A stretch of 64,000 nt of DNA, from NCBI GenBank assembly GCA_903861185.1, contig CAIOTK010000429.1:4099-68098 (forward strand), given 5' to 3'. This DNA comes from an uncultured Opitutia bacterium (GTDB taxonomy: Bacteria; Verrucomicrobiota; Verrucomicrobiia; Opitutales; Opitutaceae). The notes under the pieces were generated by a model that saw only the letters and a program-made list of their open reading frames with translations, ran no database searches and had not been told where the DNA came from. A program made the translations under genes and the position numbers. Shown here one piece after another: positions 37,331-46,818 of this stretch (its first letter is position 1; each line of letters opens with the position of its first letter).

Positions 37331-38980
37331 TCAGCCGGCGTAGCGTTGCACGATCGGGATGCGACGGCCAACGCCGAAGGCAAGGGGCGTGACCTTCAGC
37401 CCCGGCGCGGCCTGCTTCCGCTTGTACTCGCTGGCGTCCACCTTCCGCGTGACGTCGCGCACCATCGGCTCCGGGAAGCCGCGTGCGACGAGCTCCCGCC
37501 GGGATAGACCCTCCTCGACGTACCCCGCCAGCAATGCGTCGAGCGTGTCGTAGGGCGGCAGCGTGTCCTGATCGGTTTGCCCCGGGCGCAGCTCGGCACT
37601 GGGCGGTTTCTCGATCGTTGAGTGCGGGATGATCTCGCGCTCCCGGTTGATCCAGCGGGCGAGCGCATAGACCTGAGTCTTGTACACGTCACTGATGACG
37701 GCCAGGCCGCCGCACATATCCCCGTAAAGGGTGCAGTACCCCACCGCCATCTCACTCTTGTTGCCGGTGGTCAGCAGCAGGGCGCCAAACTTGTTCGACC
37801 AAGCCATCATCAGCAGGCCGCGGGCCCGCGCCTGCAGGTTCTCCTCGGTCACGTCCGGCGCGCGCCCGGCGAAGGCCGGTGCGAGGGCCGCTTCGCAGCC
37901 GGCCACGATGCCCGCGATCGGGATGGTCTCGCAGCGGATCCCGAGGTTCGCCGCTAACGCCTGCGCGTCCGTGCGCGAATGCTCCGAAGAGATCGCGGAA
38001 GGCAGCGAGACCCCGACGACATTCTCCGGCCCGAACGCGGCCGCCGCGATCACGCCCACGATCGCCGAGTCGATCCCGCCGGAAAGGGCCACCAGCGCGC
38101 GCCGGAAACCGCTCTTGTGCCCGTAGTCCCGCAACCCGAGCACGAGCGCCGCAAACAGGTCCGCCGCGCCGTCCACGGGCACCGGCGCCTCCTCCGGCGC
38201 GCTCTGGCCCCGCGAGGGTACCGTGACCACCCGCGACTCCTCCCGAAACGCGGCCAGCGCCGCAATCGTCCGGCCCGCCGCGTCCGCCACTTGGCTCCGC
38301 CCATCGAAGATCAGCTCATCGTTGCCGCCCACCGCGTTGACGTAGGCCACCGGGCAGCCCAGCCGCCGCGCCGCGTCCGCCACCACCAGCCGCCGGCGGA
38401 CCTCCTCCTTGCCAAGGCACCAAGGGCTGGCCGAGAGATTCACCATCAGGTCGCAGCCCTCGCCGGCGAGCCGCTCAAGTGGCAGCGGGCCCGGGTAGCG
38501 CCGCGGACCGAGCTGCGGGTTGGTCCAGATGTCCTCGCAAAGGGTCACTCCGATCCGCCGTCCCGCGTGCGTGAGCACCAGCGGCTCGGTCGCCGCTTCA
38601 AAGTAGCGGTCCTCGTCGAACACGTCGTACGTCGGCAGCAGGCACTTGCGCGCCATCGCCTCGATCCGCCCGGCTCGGCAGAAGGCCGCCGCGTTAAAGC
38701 AGGGTCGGCCCGCCCCCGCGGGATTCGGCTCCACGGTCCCGATCAGAGCCGGAACTTCCCCCACGCCCGCCGCGATCTCCGCGAGCGAGGCCGCCACGTC
38801 GGGTACGAACCCACGGCGGAAGAGCAGGTCCCGCGGCGGGTAGCCGCAAGTGGCCAGTTCTGGAAATACCACCAGTTCCGCCCCCTGCGCCACGAGCGCG
38901 GTGTACGCCTCTAGGATCAGCCGGCGGTTGCCGGCCAAGTCGCCCACCGTGGGATTGATCTGCGCGAGTCCGAGTCGCAT
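37331..38980 (-). CDS. nadE: Glutamine-dependent NAD+ synthetase
   Basis: [14 protein letters not shown] nitrilase domain ([26 protein letters not shown]) plus synthetase domain ([40 protein letters not shown]). The real start is ATG 38980; the track's 991-aa ORF is a spurious extension. Confidence 0.95.
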   Translation of the reverse strand: MRLGLAQINPTVGDLAGNRRLILEAYTALVAQGAELVVFPELATCGYPPRDLLFRRGFVPDVAASLAEIAAGVGEVPALIGTVEPNPAGAGRPCFNAAAFCRAGRIEAMARKCLLPTYDVFDEDRYFEAATEPLVLTHAGRRIGVTLCEDIWTNPQLGPRRYPGPLPLERLAGEGCDLMVNLSASPWCLGKEEVRRRLVVADAARRLGCPVAYVNAVGGNDELIFDGRSQVADAAGRTIAALAAFREESRVVTVPSRGQSAPEEAPVPVDGAADLFAALVLGLRDYGHKSGFRRALVALSGGIDSAIVGVIAAAAFGPENVVGVSLPSAISSEHSRTDAQALAANLGIRCETIPIAGIVAGCEAALAPAFAGRAPDVTEENLQARARGLLMMAWSNKFGALLLTTGNKSEMAVGYCTLYGDMCGGLAVISDVYKTQVYALARWINREREIIPHSTIEKPPSAELRPGQTDQDTLPPYDTLDALLAGYVEEGLSRRELVARGFPEPMVRDVTRKVDASEYKRKQAAPGLKVTPLAFGVGRRIPIVQRYAG

Positions 38981-39073
38981 CGAACGGGCCAGCTTGAGAG
39001 CTTTGCCGTCCGTGACAACCCGCAACCCGGGCTTGCAGCATCCCGGCCCGGCGGCGTTTGCTGGCAGCGTCGT

Positions 39074-40384
39074 ATGCGCTTCCCCCGCGTCCCCGGTCTT
39101 CTCCTGCTCGGCCTGCTCCGCCTCCCGCTCCCGGCCGCCGAGGGCGGGGCGCTGACACTCGAGGAGGCGCTCGCCGCGGTCGAGCGAGTTAGCCTTACGG
39201 TACTCCTCAGCCGCGAGTCGGCGGTGCAGGCGCTGGAGGCGGCCCACCAGCAGCGCGCGGCCAACCTGCCTAATCTTTCCGCCTCCCTCCAACAGCGACG
39301 TTCCCAAGGCGTCAGCATCGCCACGGTGGTGGTCACCTCCGGCCGCCCCGCGAACCGCTTCGACGCGCTCCTCACCGGTTCCTACGCGCTCTACAATCCC
39401 AGCTTGCGCGTCCTCGCGGAGGCCTCCCGCACGGGCGCGGAGGTGGCCCGCGCCAACCAGGCGGCCGCCCTGCAGGCCGTGCTCGCGGACGTCGCGGGCG
39501 GTTACTTCCTCAATTTGCGCAACCTCCGCCGGCGCGAGGTGCTCGATGCCAACATCACCCGCACTCAAGCCCTGCTCGGGCTCGCGCGGAGCCAGTTTGC
39601 CGCGGGCGTGGCGACCCAGATCGATGTCACCCGGGCCGAGGCCCAACTCGCCCTCGCCGAGCAAGCCCGGCTGCAGCACGATACCGCGGTGCTGCAGAGC
39701 CAGATCCTGCTGCAGCGCATCCTCGACCTGCCTCCGGGCCGGCCGCTGCAACTGGCCGGCTTCGAGGTGCGCCGAGTGCCCGGCACCCTGCTCGCCGTAG
39801 GAGAGGAATCGACTGCCTTCGAACGTCGCGCGGAACACTTGGCTGGCCGCCTCGCGGTCGACCAATCCCGCCTGACGGTCCGCGCGGCCGAACGCGAACG
39901 CTGGCCGGCGCTCGCGCTTTCCGGCAACGTCGGGGTGGCCGCACCCCGCTTTGATGACGGTGGCAAGCAGGAGCAGTGGGCCTTTGGGGTCGGGGTTACG
40001 GTGCCCGTGTTCGATGGCTTCCGCCTGAGCGCGAGCCGACGCAGCGCACAGTCGCGCCAACGCTCTCAGGAGGCCCGGTTGCACCATCTTGAGCTCCAGA
40101 TCTCGGCCGAGCTTCGGCTCGCGGCCCAGGACGCCACTTCGCGCCACGCGCAGGTGGCCGTCGCGGAGAAGGGGCTCGGCCTCGCCCGCGAGGAGCTGCG
40201 CCTCGCCCAGCAGCGCTACCAGCAGGGCGTGGCCGACAACCGCGAGGTCGTCGAAGCCCAGAACCGCCTGGCTCAAGCCGAGGACAACCTCGTCGAGGCA
40301 GTGCACCAGTACAACCTGAGCCGGGTCGAGCTCGCCCGCGCCCGCGGGGACGTCCGCACTATCCTCGCGGAACGCGCCCCGTGA
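39074..40384 (+). CDS. TolC-family outer membrane protein
   Basis: Signal peptide, LTLEEAL, duplicated OEP repeats ([18 protein letters not shown]; [18 protein letters not shown]), [10 protein letters not shown]. Confidence 0.88.
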   Translation: MRFPRVPGLLLLGLLRLPLPAAEGGALTLEEALAAVERVSLTVLLSRESAVQALEAAHQQRAANLPNLSASLQQRRSQGVSIATVVVTSGRPANRFDALLTGSYALYNPSLRVLAEASRTGAEVARANQAAALQAVLADVAGGYFLNLRNLRRREVLDANITRTQALLGLARSQFAAGVATQIDVTRAEAQLALAEQARLQHDTAVLQSQILLQRILDLPPGRPLQLAGFEVRRVPGTLLAVGEESTAFERRAEHLAGRLAVDQSRLTVRAAERERWPALALSGNVGVAAPRFDDGGKQEQWAFGVGVTVPVFDGFRLSASRRSAQSRQRSQEARLHHLELQISAELRLAAQDATSRHAQVAVAEKGLGLAREELRLAQQRYQQGVADNREVVEAQNRLAQAEDNLVEAVHQYNLSRVELARARGDVRTILAERAP

Positions 40385-40992
40385 CGCCTAATCCAGCCGG
40401 GCTCATCCTCGCCTCCGCCTCCCCGCGGCGTCAGGAACTGCTGGCCCGCCTGGGCCTGCCCTTCACGGTCGTCGTGGCCGGGGTGGTCGAGGACGAAACC
40501 CCGGACGCAGACCCCCGCCGACTGGTCGGGCATAATGCCGCCCTCAAGGCCGCTTCGGTCGCGGCCCGCTTCCCCGCCGCCACGGTCCTAGGTGCGGACA
40601 CCACCGTATGCCTCGAAGGCCAGGTGCTGAACAAGCCGGCCGACGCGGCTGACGCCCGCGCGATGCTCCGGCGGCTCAGCGGTCGGACCCATACGGTCCA
40701 CACCGGCCTCGCCCTCCGCCGCGGGCGGGACGCCCTCGCTTTGGATATGGTGGTCGACAGCGCGGTTCGCTTCCGCGACCTCGACGAGGCGGTAATCGAG
40801 GCCTACCTCGCCCGCGTCCACACCCTTGATAAGGCGGGCGGCTACGCGATTCAGGAACATCCGGAGCTGATCATCGCGAGTTACGAGGGCTCCCTCACGA
40901 ACATCGTCGGCCTGCCGCTGTCGGAAACGAAACAGATTTTGACCCGCGCCGGCCTGACCCCAGACTTTTCTGCTTCGGGCACGTCCCTGTGA
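40381..40992 (+). CDS. maf: Maf family nucleoside triphosphate pyrophosphatase
   Basis: [45 protein letters not shown] overlaps the tolC-like stop. Confidence 0.93.
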   Translation: MTPNPAGLILASASPRRQELLARLGLPFTVVVAGVVEDETPDADPRRLVGHNAALKAASVAARFPAATVLGADTTVCLEGQVLNKPADAADARAMLRRLSGRTHTVHTGLALRRGRDALALDMVVDSAVRFRDLDEAVIEAYLARVHTLDKAGGYAIQEHPELIIASYEGSLTNIVGLPLSETKQILTRAGLTPDFSASGTSL

Positions 40993-40999
40993 TTCGAAT

Positions 41000-42124
41000 A
41001 TGACGAGCGATACCATCCTCCGGCCTCCGCCGCTCACCGTGCTGCGGCGCGCGGTGGTCCGTGGCTGGCGGGATCCGGACACCCGCTCCGTCCTGATCGG
41101 GATCCTCGGGGTTGTCCTGATCCATCTGCTGCTCTGGCTCCTGGGTCCCGCGGTGCTGCGCTTCGAGGCCGTGCCGGTGTCGGCCCGTCCGGAGTCCACC
41201 GAGCGGAATTTCTCCATCGAGCTGGAGCCGGAGGTGAAGGTACAGCCGCAGCCCAAACCTGCGGATCCTTTCCGTTTCGTGGAGACCAACCCGGAGGCGC
41301 CGGAGAATGTGCCGGATAAGACGAATAATTTCGCCGCCCAGAATCAGCAGGTCGCTCAGGAGAAGCCCACGCCGGAAGGCCGCAGCGACCGCCCTGCGCT
41401 CGAGGGGCGCACCGACATCGAGTCTAACCAGATTGTGAGCGGCCGGCTGACCCAGCCCCAAGAGTTCACCCCGGCGCCGCCGCCCCCGACCGAGGCTCCG
41501 CCCGCCCCAGAGGTGGTCGCCGCGCCGCGCCGCGAGCAGAACCCGCTCTCCGGCGTCGAAAAGGTGGAGGGCGAGAACCTCGAGGGAATCGGGAGCAGTC
41601 TCGCCAAGCGTTTGGAGCGCGCGGAGGCGGTGCCCGAGCGCGTCGAAGGAACTAAGGAAGGGGAGGGCGCCACCGCCCAGCCCGCCCCGCGCCCGGCGAT
41701 TGACCCACGCCGACCCCAGCCTCGCCCGCAGTTGGTCAAGACCATCCAGACCCGCCCAGCGATCCTCGCGGAGAATAAATTCGGCACCACCAACATTGGC
41801 CCCACGGCCGTCGACGCGCGCTGGAGCAACTACGGGGCGTACCTCCAGCGGATGATCGATTCCGTGCAGATTCAGTGGGAGCGGATCGTCATCGAGCAGA
41901 AGGCGAACCCGGTCGGAGGCAGCTCCGTGACCGTGAAGTTCGTGATGAACGACGAGGGCCGCATCGTCGATATCGGCGTCGAGAACTCGACCGCGAACGA
42001 CACCGCCACCCGGGCCTGCGTCAGCGCGATCACCGATCGGATGCCCTACGGACCGTGGACCGATGATATGAAGGCCGTCCTCGGGGATCGGCAGCAGATG
42101 ACCTTCACGTTTTACTACCAGTGA
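41000..42124 (+). CDS. TonB/TolA-like protein (N-terminal TM, Pro/Glu-rich linker, TonB C-terminal-like domain)
   Basis: TM VLIGILGVVLIHLLLWLLG; long P/E/Q-rich spacer; C-terminal YLQRMIDSVQIQW...VTVKFVMNDEGRIVDI...ACVSAI...PYGPW. Confidence 0.7.
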   Translation: MTSDTILRPPPLTVLRRAVVRGWRDPDTRSVLIGILGVVLIHLLLWLLGPAVLRFEAVPVSARPESTERNFSIELEPEVKVQPQPKPADPFRFVETNPEAPENVPDKTNNFAAQNQQVAQEKPTPEGRSDRPALEGRTDIESNQIVSGRLTQPQEFTPAPPPPTEAPPAPEVVAAPRREQNPLSGVEKVEGENLEGIGSSLAKRLERAEAVPERVEGTKEGEGATAQPAPRPAIDPRRPQPRPQLVKTIQTRPAILAENKFGTTNIGPTAVDARWSNYGAYLQRMIDSVQIQWERIVIEQKANPVGGSSVTVKFVMNDEGRIVDIGVENSTANDTATRACVSAITDRMPYGPWTDDMKAVLGDRQQMTFTFYYQ

Positions 42125-42879
42125 CCCCCCCGCCGGACACCTCCGACCTTCCCCTTGGCCGCGGGGTGACGCTCCTGCAGGTAGATCCGCAGGGCGTGCT
42201 CGCCTTCGCCAAGCCGGCCGGCCTGCTCTCGCATCCCAACGAGCCCGGGGATGAGCCGCGCTCCACCCTCCGGGCCAGCTACGATCTTAAGTCCGAGGCC
42301 TACGAGTGGGAATCCCCCGCGGGCGGGCCGGTGCGACGCTGCTGGCTGCTCAACCGCATCGACTCTGCCACTTCAGGCGTCCTGCTCGGGTGCCTGCGGC
42401 AGGATCTGGCGGTCGAGATCCGCGCCCAGTTCCGCCGGAAGCAGGTGCGAAAGGTCTATTTCGCCCTCGTCTTCGGTGGCCCCCGCGCCCCGCTGGAACT
42501 TTGGCGGGATATGTTGGCCGTGGAGCGTCGCGAGGGCCGCCTCCGCACCTCTGCTCGCGCGGGCAACATCCCCGCCGAATGCCGGATGAGCGTCGCGCGA
42601 CGGGGCCTCCGGGAGCCGCGCCTGACCCTCTTGCGCCTCGAGCCTCGCACGGGCCGCAGCCACCAACTGCGGGTGCAGTGCGCCCAGCGCGGGCTGCCGA
42701 TTGTCGGCGACCAGACCTACGGAGATTTTCCCCGCAATCGCGAATTCGCCCGCGCCGCCGGCACCCGTCGGCTCTTCCTGCACGCGGCCGAGACCAGCTT
42801 TGAGTACCAATGGGAGGGCGCCCCCCACGCCTTCGCCGCGCGCGCTCCGGTGCCCCCCGAGTTCGAGCAGTCCCTCTGA
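42121..42879 (+). CDS. RluA-family RNA pseudouridine synthase
   Basis: FAKPAGLLSHP, NRIDSATSG (catalytic Asp), PRTGRSHQLRVQ, PIVGDQTYG, LFLHA. Confidence 0.9.
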   Translation: MTPPPDTSDLPLGRGVTLLQVDPQGVLAFAKPAGLLSHPNEPGDEPRSTLRASYDLKSEAYEWESPAGGPVRRCWLLNRIDSATSGVLLGCLRQDLAVEIRAQFRRKQVRKVYFALVFGGPRAPLELWRDMLAVERREGRLRTSARAGNIPAECRMSVARRGLREPRLTLLRLEPRTGRSHQLRVQCAQRGLPIVGDQTYGDFPRNREFARAAGTRRLFLHAAETSFEYQWEGAPHAFAARAPVPPEFEQSL

Positions 42880-42981
42880 GTCCGGCCCGTCCCCGGCGAA
42901 ATGCCCTCCCGGAGCGACGCGGCTCCGACGGCGCGAAAAACCGGTTTGTCCTCCGGGCCCGCCCGGCTCCAAGCTCTCCGT

Positions 42982-44025
42982 ATGATTTTGCCCAAGTCCA
43001 ACCGCCTGACGCCGGCGCAACTCGCCGAAGTCACCGGGATCGTCGCCGAATTCGGCTGCACCATTCAGCCGATTATCGGCGCCCTCCGCACGATTTACGC
43101 GATCGTTGGCGACGAGCGGGACGACCTGATGATCAACCGGCTGGAGGGCCTCGACTACATCGAGCGGATCGACCGCATCCAGTCGCCGTTCAAGCTGATG
43201 GACAAGCGCTCGGACCTCGCTAGCCACCGCATCCGGCTCGGGGGCGTGACGCTGGGGGAGGAACTCTTCGTGATCGCCGGGCCCTGCACGATCGACCCGA
43301 AGAACCCGAACTATTTCTACGAGAGCGCCGCGGCGGTGAAGGAGGCGGGCGCCCATATGATCCGAGGCGGAGTCTGGAAGCCCCGCACCAACCCCTATAC
43401 ATTCCAGGGAGACACGCGTTCGATGGATATTCTGCTGGAGGGCTCCCGGCGCACCGGCCTCCCGGTCGACACCGAGGTGATGGAGGAGGCGCACATCGGG
43501 CTGGCCCTCGAGGCGGGCGTGAACTGCCTGCAGGTCGGGGCCCGCAATGCCCTCAATTACTCGCTCCTCCGCGCCATCGGCCGCGCGGTGGCCGGACGGG
43601 ACACGGCGGTCCTGCTTAAGCGCAGCATCCATATGGGCCCGGTGAACGAGTTCATCTCGGCCGCCGAGTACATCGCCGCCTTCGGCAACCCCAATATCTT
43701 GCTCTGCCCCCGCGGCACTGCCCCCGGACTCGACGGCTACCGTAATCATCCCGACGAGAGCATCACGCCGCTGCTGAAGGAGAAGACGTGGGCGCCCGTG
43801 GTGGTCGACCCCTCTCACTCGGTGGGCAAGGCCGCCTATGTGCCCGCCAGCGCCCTCGCCGCCGTGGCCTACGGGGCCGACGGGCTCTGCCTCGAGGCTC
43901 ACGTTAGTCCGAGCCACGGGATCGGGGATGATCCCAAGCAGGCGCTGACCCCCGAAGGGCTGGCCGAGACGATCCGTCAGGCGCGCGCCCTCTGGCAGTT
44001 GCGGCGCGGCGTCAAAGCAGGCTGA
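42982..44025 (+). CDS. aroF: DAHP synthase, type I-beta, with N-terminal regulatory domain
   Basis: IAGPCTID, RGGVWKPRTNPYTFQG, LQVGARN, VLLKRS, VDPSH, EAH. Start moved to ATG 42982 (MILPKSN). Confidence 0.88.
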   Translation: MILPKSNRLTPAQLAEVTGIVAEFGCTIQPIIGALRTIYAIVGDERDDLMINRLEGLDYIERIDRIQSPFKLMDKRSDLASHRIRLGGVTLGEELFVIAGPCTIDPKNPNYFYESAAAVKEAGAHMIRGGVWKPRTNPYTFQGDTRSMDILLEGSRRTGLPVDTEVMEEAHIGLALEAGVNCLQVGARNALNYSLLRAIGRAVAGRDTAVLLKRSIHMGPVNEFISAAEYIAAFGNPNILLCPRGTAPGLDGYRNHPDESITPLLKEKTWAPVVVDPSHSVGKAAYVPASALAAVAYGADGLCLEAHVSPSHGIGDDPKQALTPEGLAETIRQARALWQLRRGVKAG

Positions 44026-46570
44026 GCTGGGAGTCGTCCGCCGGCGCCACCCGCAGCTTGCGTCGCGGGCGGACCTCCGGGGCGGGGAGCTCCACATCCG
44101 GGTTCTCGCCTTCCAGCCGGCCGAGGATGGTCCGCGCCCGTTGAATCACGCTCGGCGGTAGACCGGCGAGGCGCGCGACTTGGATGCCGTAGCTGCGGTC
44201 CGCCGCTCCGGGGACAATCCGGCGCACGAACAGGATCTCGTCGTTCCACTCCTTCACAGCCACCGAGAAGTTCCGCAGGCGCGGCAGATGCCGCTCGAGC
44301 TGCGTCAGCTCTTGGTAATGCGTCGCGAACAGGGTACGCGGACCCCGCTCGGGCCCTTGGTGCAGGTGCTCCACGACCGCCCAAGCGATCGCGAGGCCAT
44401 CGTAGGTCGAGGTGCCGCGCCCGATCTCATCGAGGATGATGAGCGAACGGTCAGTCGTATTGTTGAGGATGTTCGCGGTCTCGTTCATCTCGACCATAAA
44501 GGTCGAATTGCCCCGGGCGAGGTCGTCGCTCGCGCCGACGCGGGAGAAGATCCGGTCGACCAACCCCACGCGACACCGGCGCGCCGGCACCCAGCAGCCG
44601 ATCTGCGCTAATAGGGTGATCAGGGCGACCTGCCGGATGTAGGTCGATTTACCCGCCATATTGGGGCCGGTCAGGAGCATCAGCTGCGCCTCGTCGGCCC
44701 GCAGCGCCGTGTCGTTCGGCACGAACCCCGCCGTGCCCCCGAGCGCCACGGAAGCGTCCGGTGCGCGCAGCACCTGCTCCACCACGGGATGGCGTCCCTC
44801 GGTGATCTCTAGCGCTTCCCCTTCGTCCAACTCAGGCCGGCAATAGTCCCATTCCCGCGCCAGCAGCGCCCAGCCCGCGAGCACGTCGAGCTCCGCCAGC
44901 GTCTCGGCCGTTCGCATCAGGGCGAGGGCCTCGTCCAGCACGGCCGCGACTAGGGCGGAGAAGAGCTCCAATTCCCGCGCCTGCGCCCCTTCCTCGGCGT
45001 GGAAGATCTCCTTCTCCTTCGCGCGCAGAGCCTCGGTGACGTACCGCTCGCCGCCCACCGTCGTCTGGCGCCGGATATAGTCGGCGGGGACCAGGTGCAG
45101 GTTGGCCTTGGTCACCTCGATGTAGTACCCGAAGTTCTGGGTGAAGCGCACCTTCAGGCTGCGGATCCCGGTGCGCTCCTGTTCCGCGCGCTCCAGGTCC
45201 GAGAGCCAAGTGCGGTTACCGCTGGTCAGCGCCCGCAAGCGATCGAGCTCGGCATCGTGCCCCGCGCGGATGAAATTGCCGTCCGCGAGGTCGTTCGGGA
45301 GCTCTTCCGCGAGGCCGCGGCGCAGCAGGTCCAGCAGGGCCGGCTGCTCGGTCAGCGCCTCCGCTGCTCCGGCGAGCGGCGACTCCGGCCCGAACGCCGC
45401 CAGCACCGCGCGCAGGCCCGGCAGTCGCTCCAAGGTGTCGCGGATGCCGCCGAGCTCTCGCGGATTACGCAACCGGTTCTGCAGGCGGCCGAGGATCCGG
45501 GGGATATCCCGCACCGCCTGCAGGAGCTCGTGCAACTCGCCGAGGCGCAACGGCTGGGTCAGCAGGTCGCCGACCATCGCCTGGCGCCGCCGGATCTCCG
45601 CTAAATCGAGCGTTGGCGCGGCGAGCCACCGCTCCAAGAGCCGCGCGCCGGAGGCGGTCGCCGTCCGGTTCACGGCCTGCAGCAGCGAGCCTTCCCGCGA
45701 ACCGCGGCTTGAGCTGAAGATCTCCAGATTCCGCAGGGTGGCAGGATCGAGGAGGAGCGCGCGGCCGCTGCGGTATTCCTGGAGCCGGGTGAGGTTCTCC
45801 GGCCGGGCCCGCAGGTTCTCGGTCACGTATTGCACCAGCGCGCCCGCCGGTCCCAGCCCCGGGTGGTCAGCGGCCAAGCCAAAGCCCTCGAGGTTGAGCA
45901 CGCGCAGCGCATCGAGCACGGCCCGCGCGCCCGCCCGCGAGTCGAAGTGGTAGCCGGGCAGCTCCGAGACGAGCCGTTCGCTCGCGAACGCGTGGAGAGC
46001 CCGCAGGCCCGCCTCCTCCGCCGGCGCCGCGGCCCAACGCTCCCGCTCGCCCTCGATCACCAGCAGCTCGGCCGGGGCGAGGGCGGTCAGCACCGGCAGC
46101 AGGTTCGCGGGACGGGAATCCGTCGCCACTCGAAACTCGCCCGTCGACAGATCCAGCCAAGCCGCGTGCAGCCCTGCGCGGTCCGCCACCAGGGCCGCCA
46201 GATAGTGGTTGCGCCCCGCCTCCATCTGGCCGGGCGCGAGGGTGGTCCCCGGGGAAAGGATCCGGGTGAGTTGGCGGCGCACCAGCTTGCCCGCCTTGGC
46301 CGGTTCCGCCTGGTCGCAGAGGGCCACCTTGCGGCCGGCGGCCAGGAGCTTGGTCACGTACCCGTCCGCCGCGTGCGCCGGGAGGCCCGCCATCGGCACC
46401 TCGTTCCGGCGGGTCAGGGTCAGGCCCAGCAGGCGCGACGCGGTCACGGCGTCCTCGAAGAACAGCTCGAAGAAGTCGCCGAGCCGGAAGAGCAGCAGGG
46501 TGTCCTTCGGCAGGCCGCGGCGGACCTCGAAGTACTGCTGCATCATGGGCGTGAGCTTCGCGTCCGACAT
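44012..46570 (-). CDS. mutS: DNA mismatch repair protein MutS
   Basis: LTPMMQQY, FRLGDFFELF, LTGPNMAGKSTY, GNSTFMVEM, LDEIGRGTSTYDG, DRSYGIQVA. Start ATG 46570. The 3' end overlaps the convergent aroF by 14 nt. Confidence 0.97.
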   Translation of the reverse strand: MSDAKLTPMMQQYFEVRRGLPKDTLLLFRLGDFFELFFEDAVTASRLLGLTLTRRNEVPMAGLPAHAADGYVTKLLAAGRKVALCDQAEPAKAGKLVRRQLTRILSPGTTLAPGQMEAGRNHYLAALVADRAGLHAAWLDLSTGEFRVATDSRPANLLPVLTALAPAELLVIEGERERWAAAPAEEAGLRALHAFASERLVSELPGYHFDSRAGARAVLDALRVLNLEGFGLAADHPGLGPAGALVQYVTENLRARPENLTRLQEYRSGRALLLDPATLRNLEIFSSSRGSREGSLLQAVNRTATASGARLLERWLAAPTLDLAEIRRRQAMVGDLLTQPLRLGELHELLQAVRDIPRILGRLQNRLRNPRELGGIRDTLERLPGLRAVLAAFGPESPLAGAAEALTEQPALLDLLRRGLAEELPNDLADGNFIRAGHDAELDRLRALTSGNRTWLSDLERAEQERTGIRSLKVRFTQNFGYYIEVTKANLHLVPADYIRRQTTVGGERYVTEALRAKEKEIFHAEEGAQARELELFSALVAAVLDEALALMRTAETLAELDVLAGWALLAREWDYCRPELDEGEALEITEGRHPVVEQVLRAPDASVALGGTAGFVPNDTALRADEAQLMLLTGPNMAGKSTYIRQVALITLLAQIGCWVPARRCRVGLVDRIFSRVGASDDLARGNSTFMVEMNETANILNNTTDRSLIILDEIGRGTSTYDGLAIAWAVVEHLHQGPERGPRTLFATHYQELTQLERHLPRLRNFSVAVKEWNDEILFVRRIVPGAADRSYGIQVARLAGLPPSVIQRARTILGRLEGENPDVELPAPEVRPRRKLRVAPADDSQLSLL

Positions 46571-46754
46571 CGGGCCGAGACGAAGGTCCCGACGGCACGG
46601 AGGCAAGCCCCGGCCCGCGCTAGCCAACCCCCCGAAACGCAGGCCTAGCTCAGCCTGTGGTTGCCGGCCGCACGCTCCAGTCGGGCTACCACTTCGGGCG
46701 GCGCAGCGGGTCAAGGGGCCGCCCGCGGCGCCGGTGACGTTCCGGCGTCGGCCG

Positions 46755-46767
46755 CGAATAATATTCG
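46755..46767. promoter_or_regulatory. AT-rich palindrome CGAATA-A-TATTCG in the mutS / phoH-like divergent region (possible operator)
   Basis: Perfect 6-bp arms with a 1-nt centre in an otherwise GC-rich region; no regulator assigned. Confidence 0.3.
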
Positions 46768-46818
46768 ACAGCCAGCGGGGGACGGGCTTGTTGTTCGGAA
46801 GTTATTCACACCCTACCG

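Noticed and set aside
38981-40306. 991-aa ORF suggesting a large N-terminal extension on NadE
   Set aside because: The extra 442 codons are the antisense shadow of the TolC-family gene; NadE homology starts at MRLGLAQ (38980).
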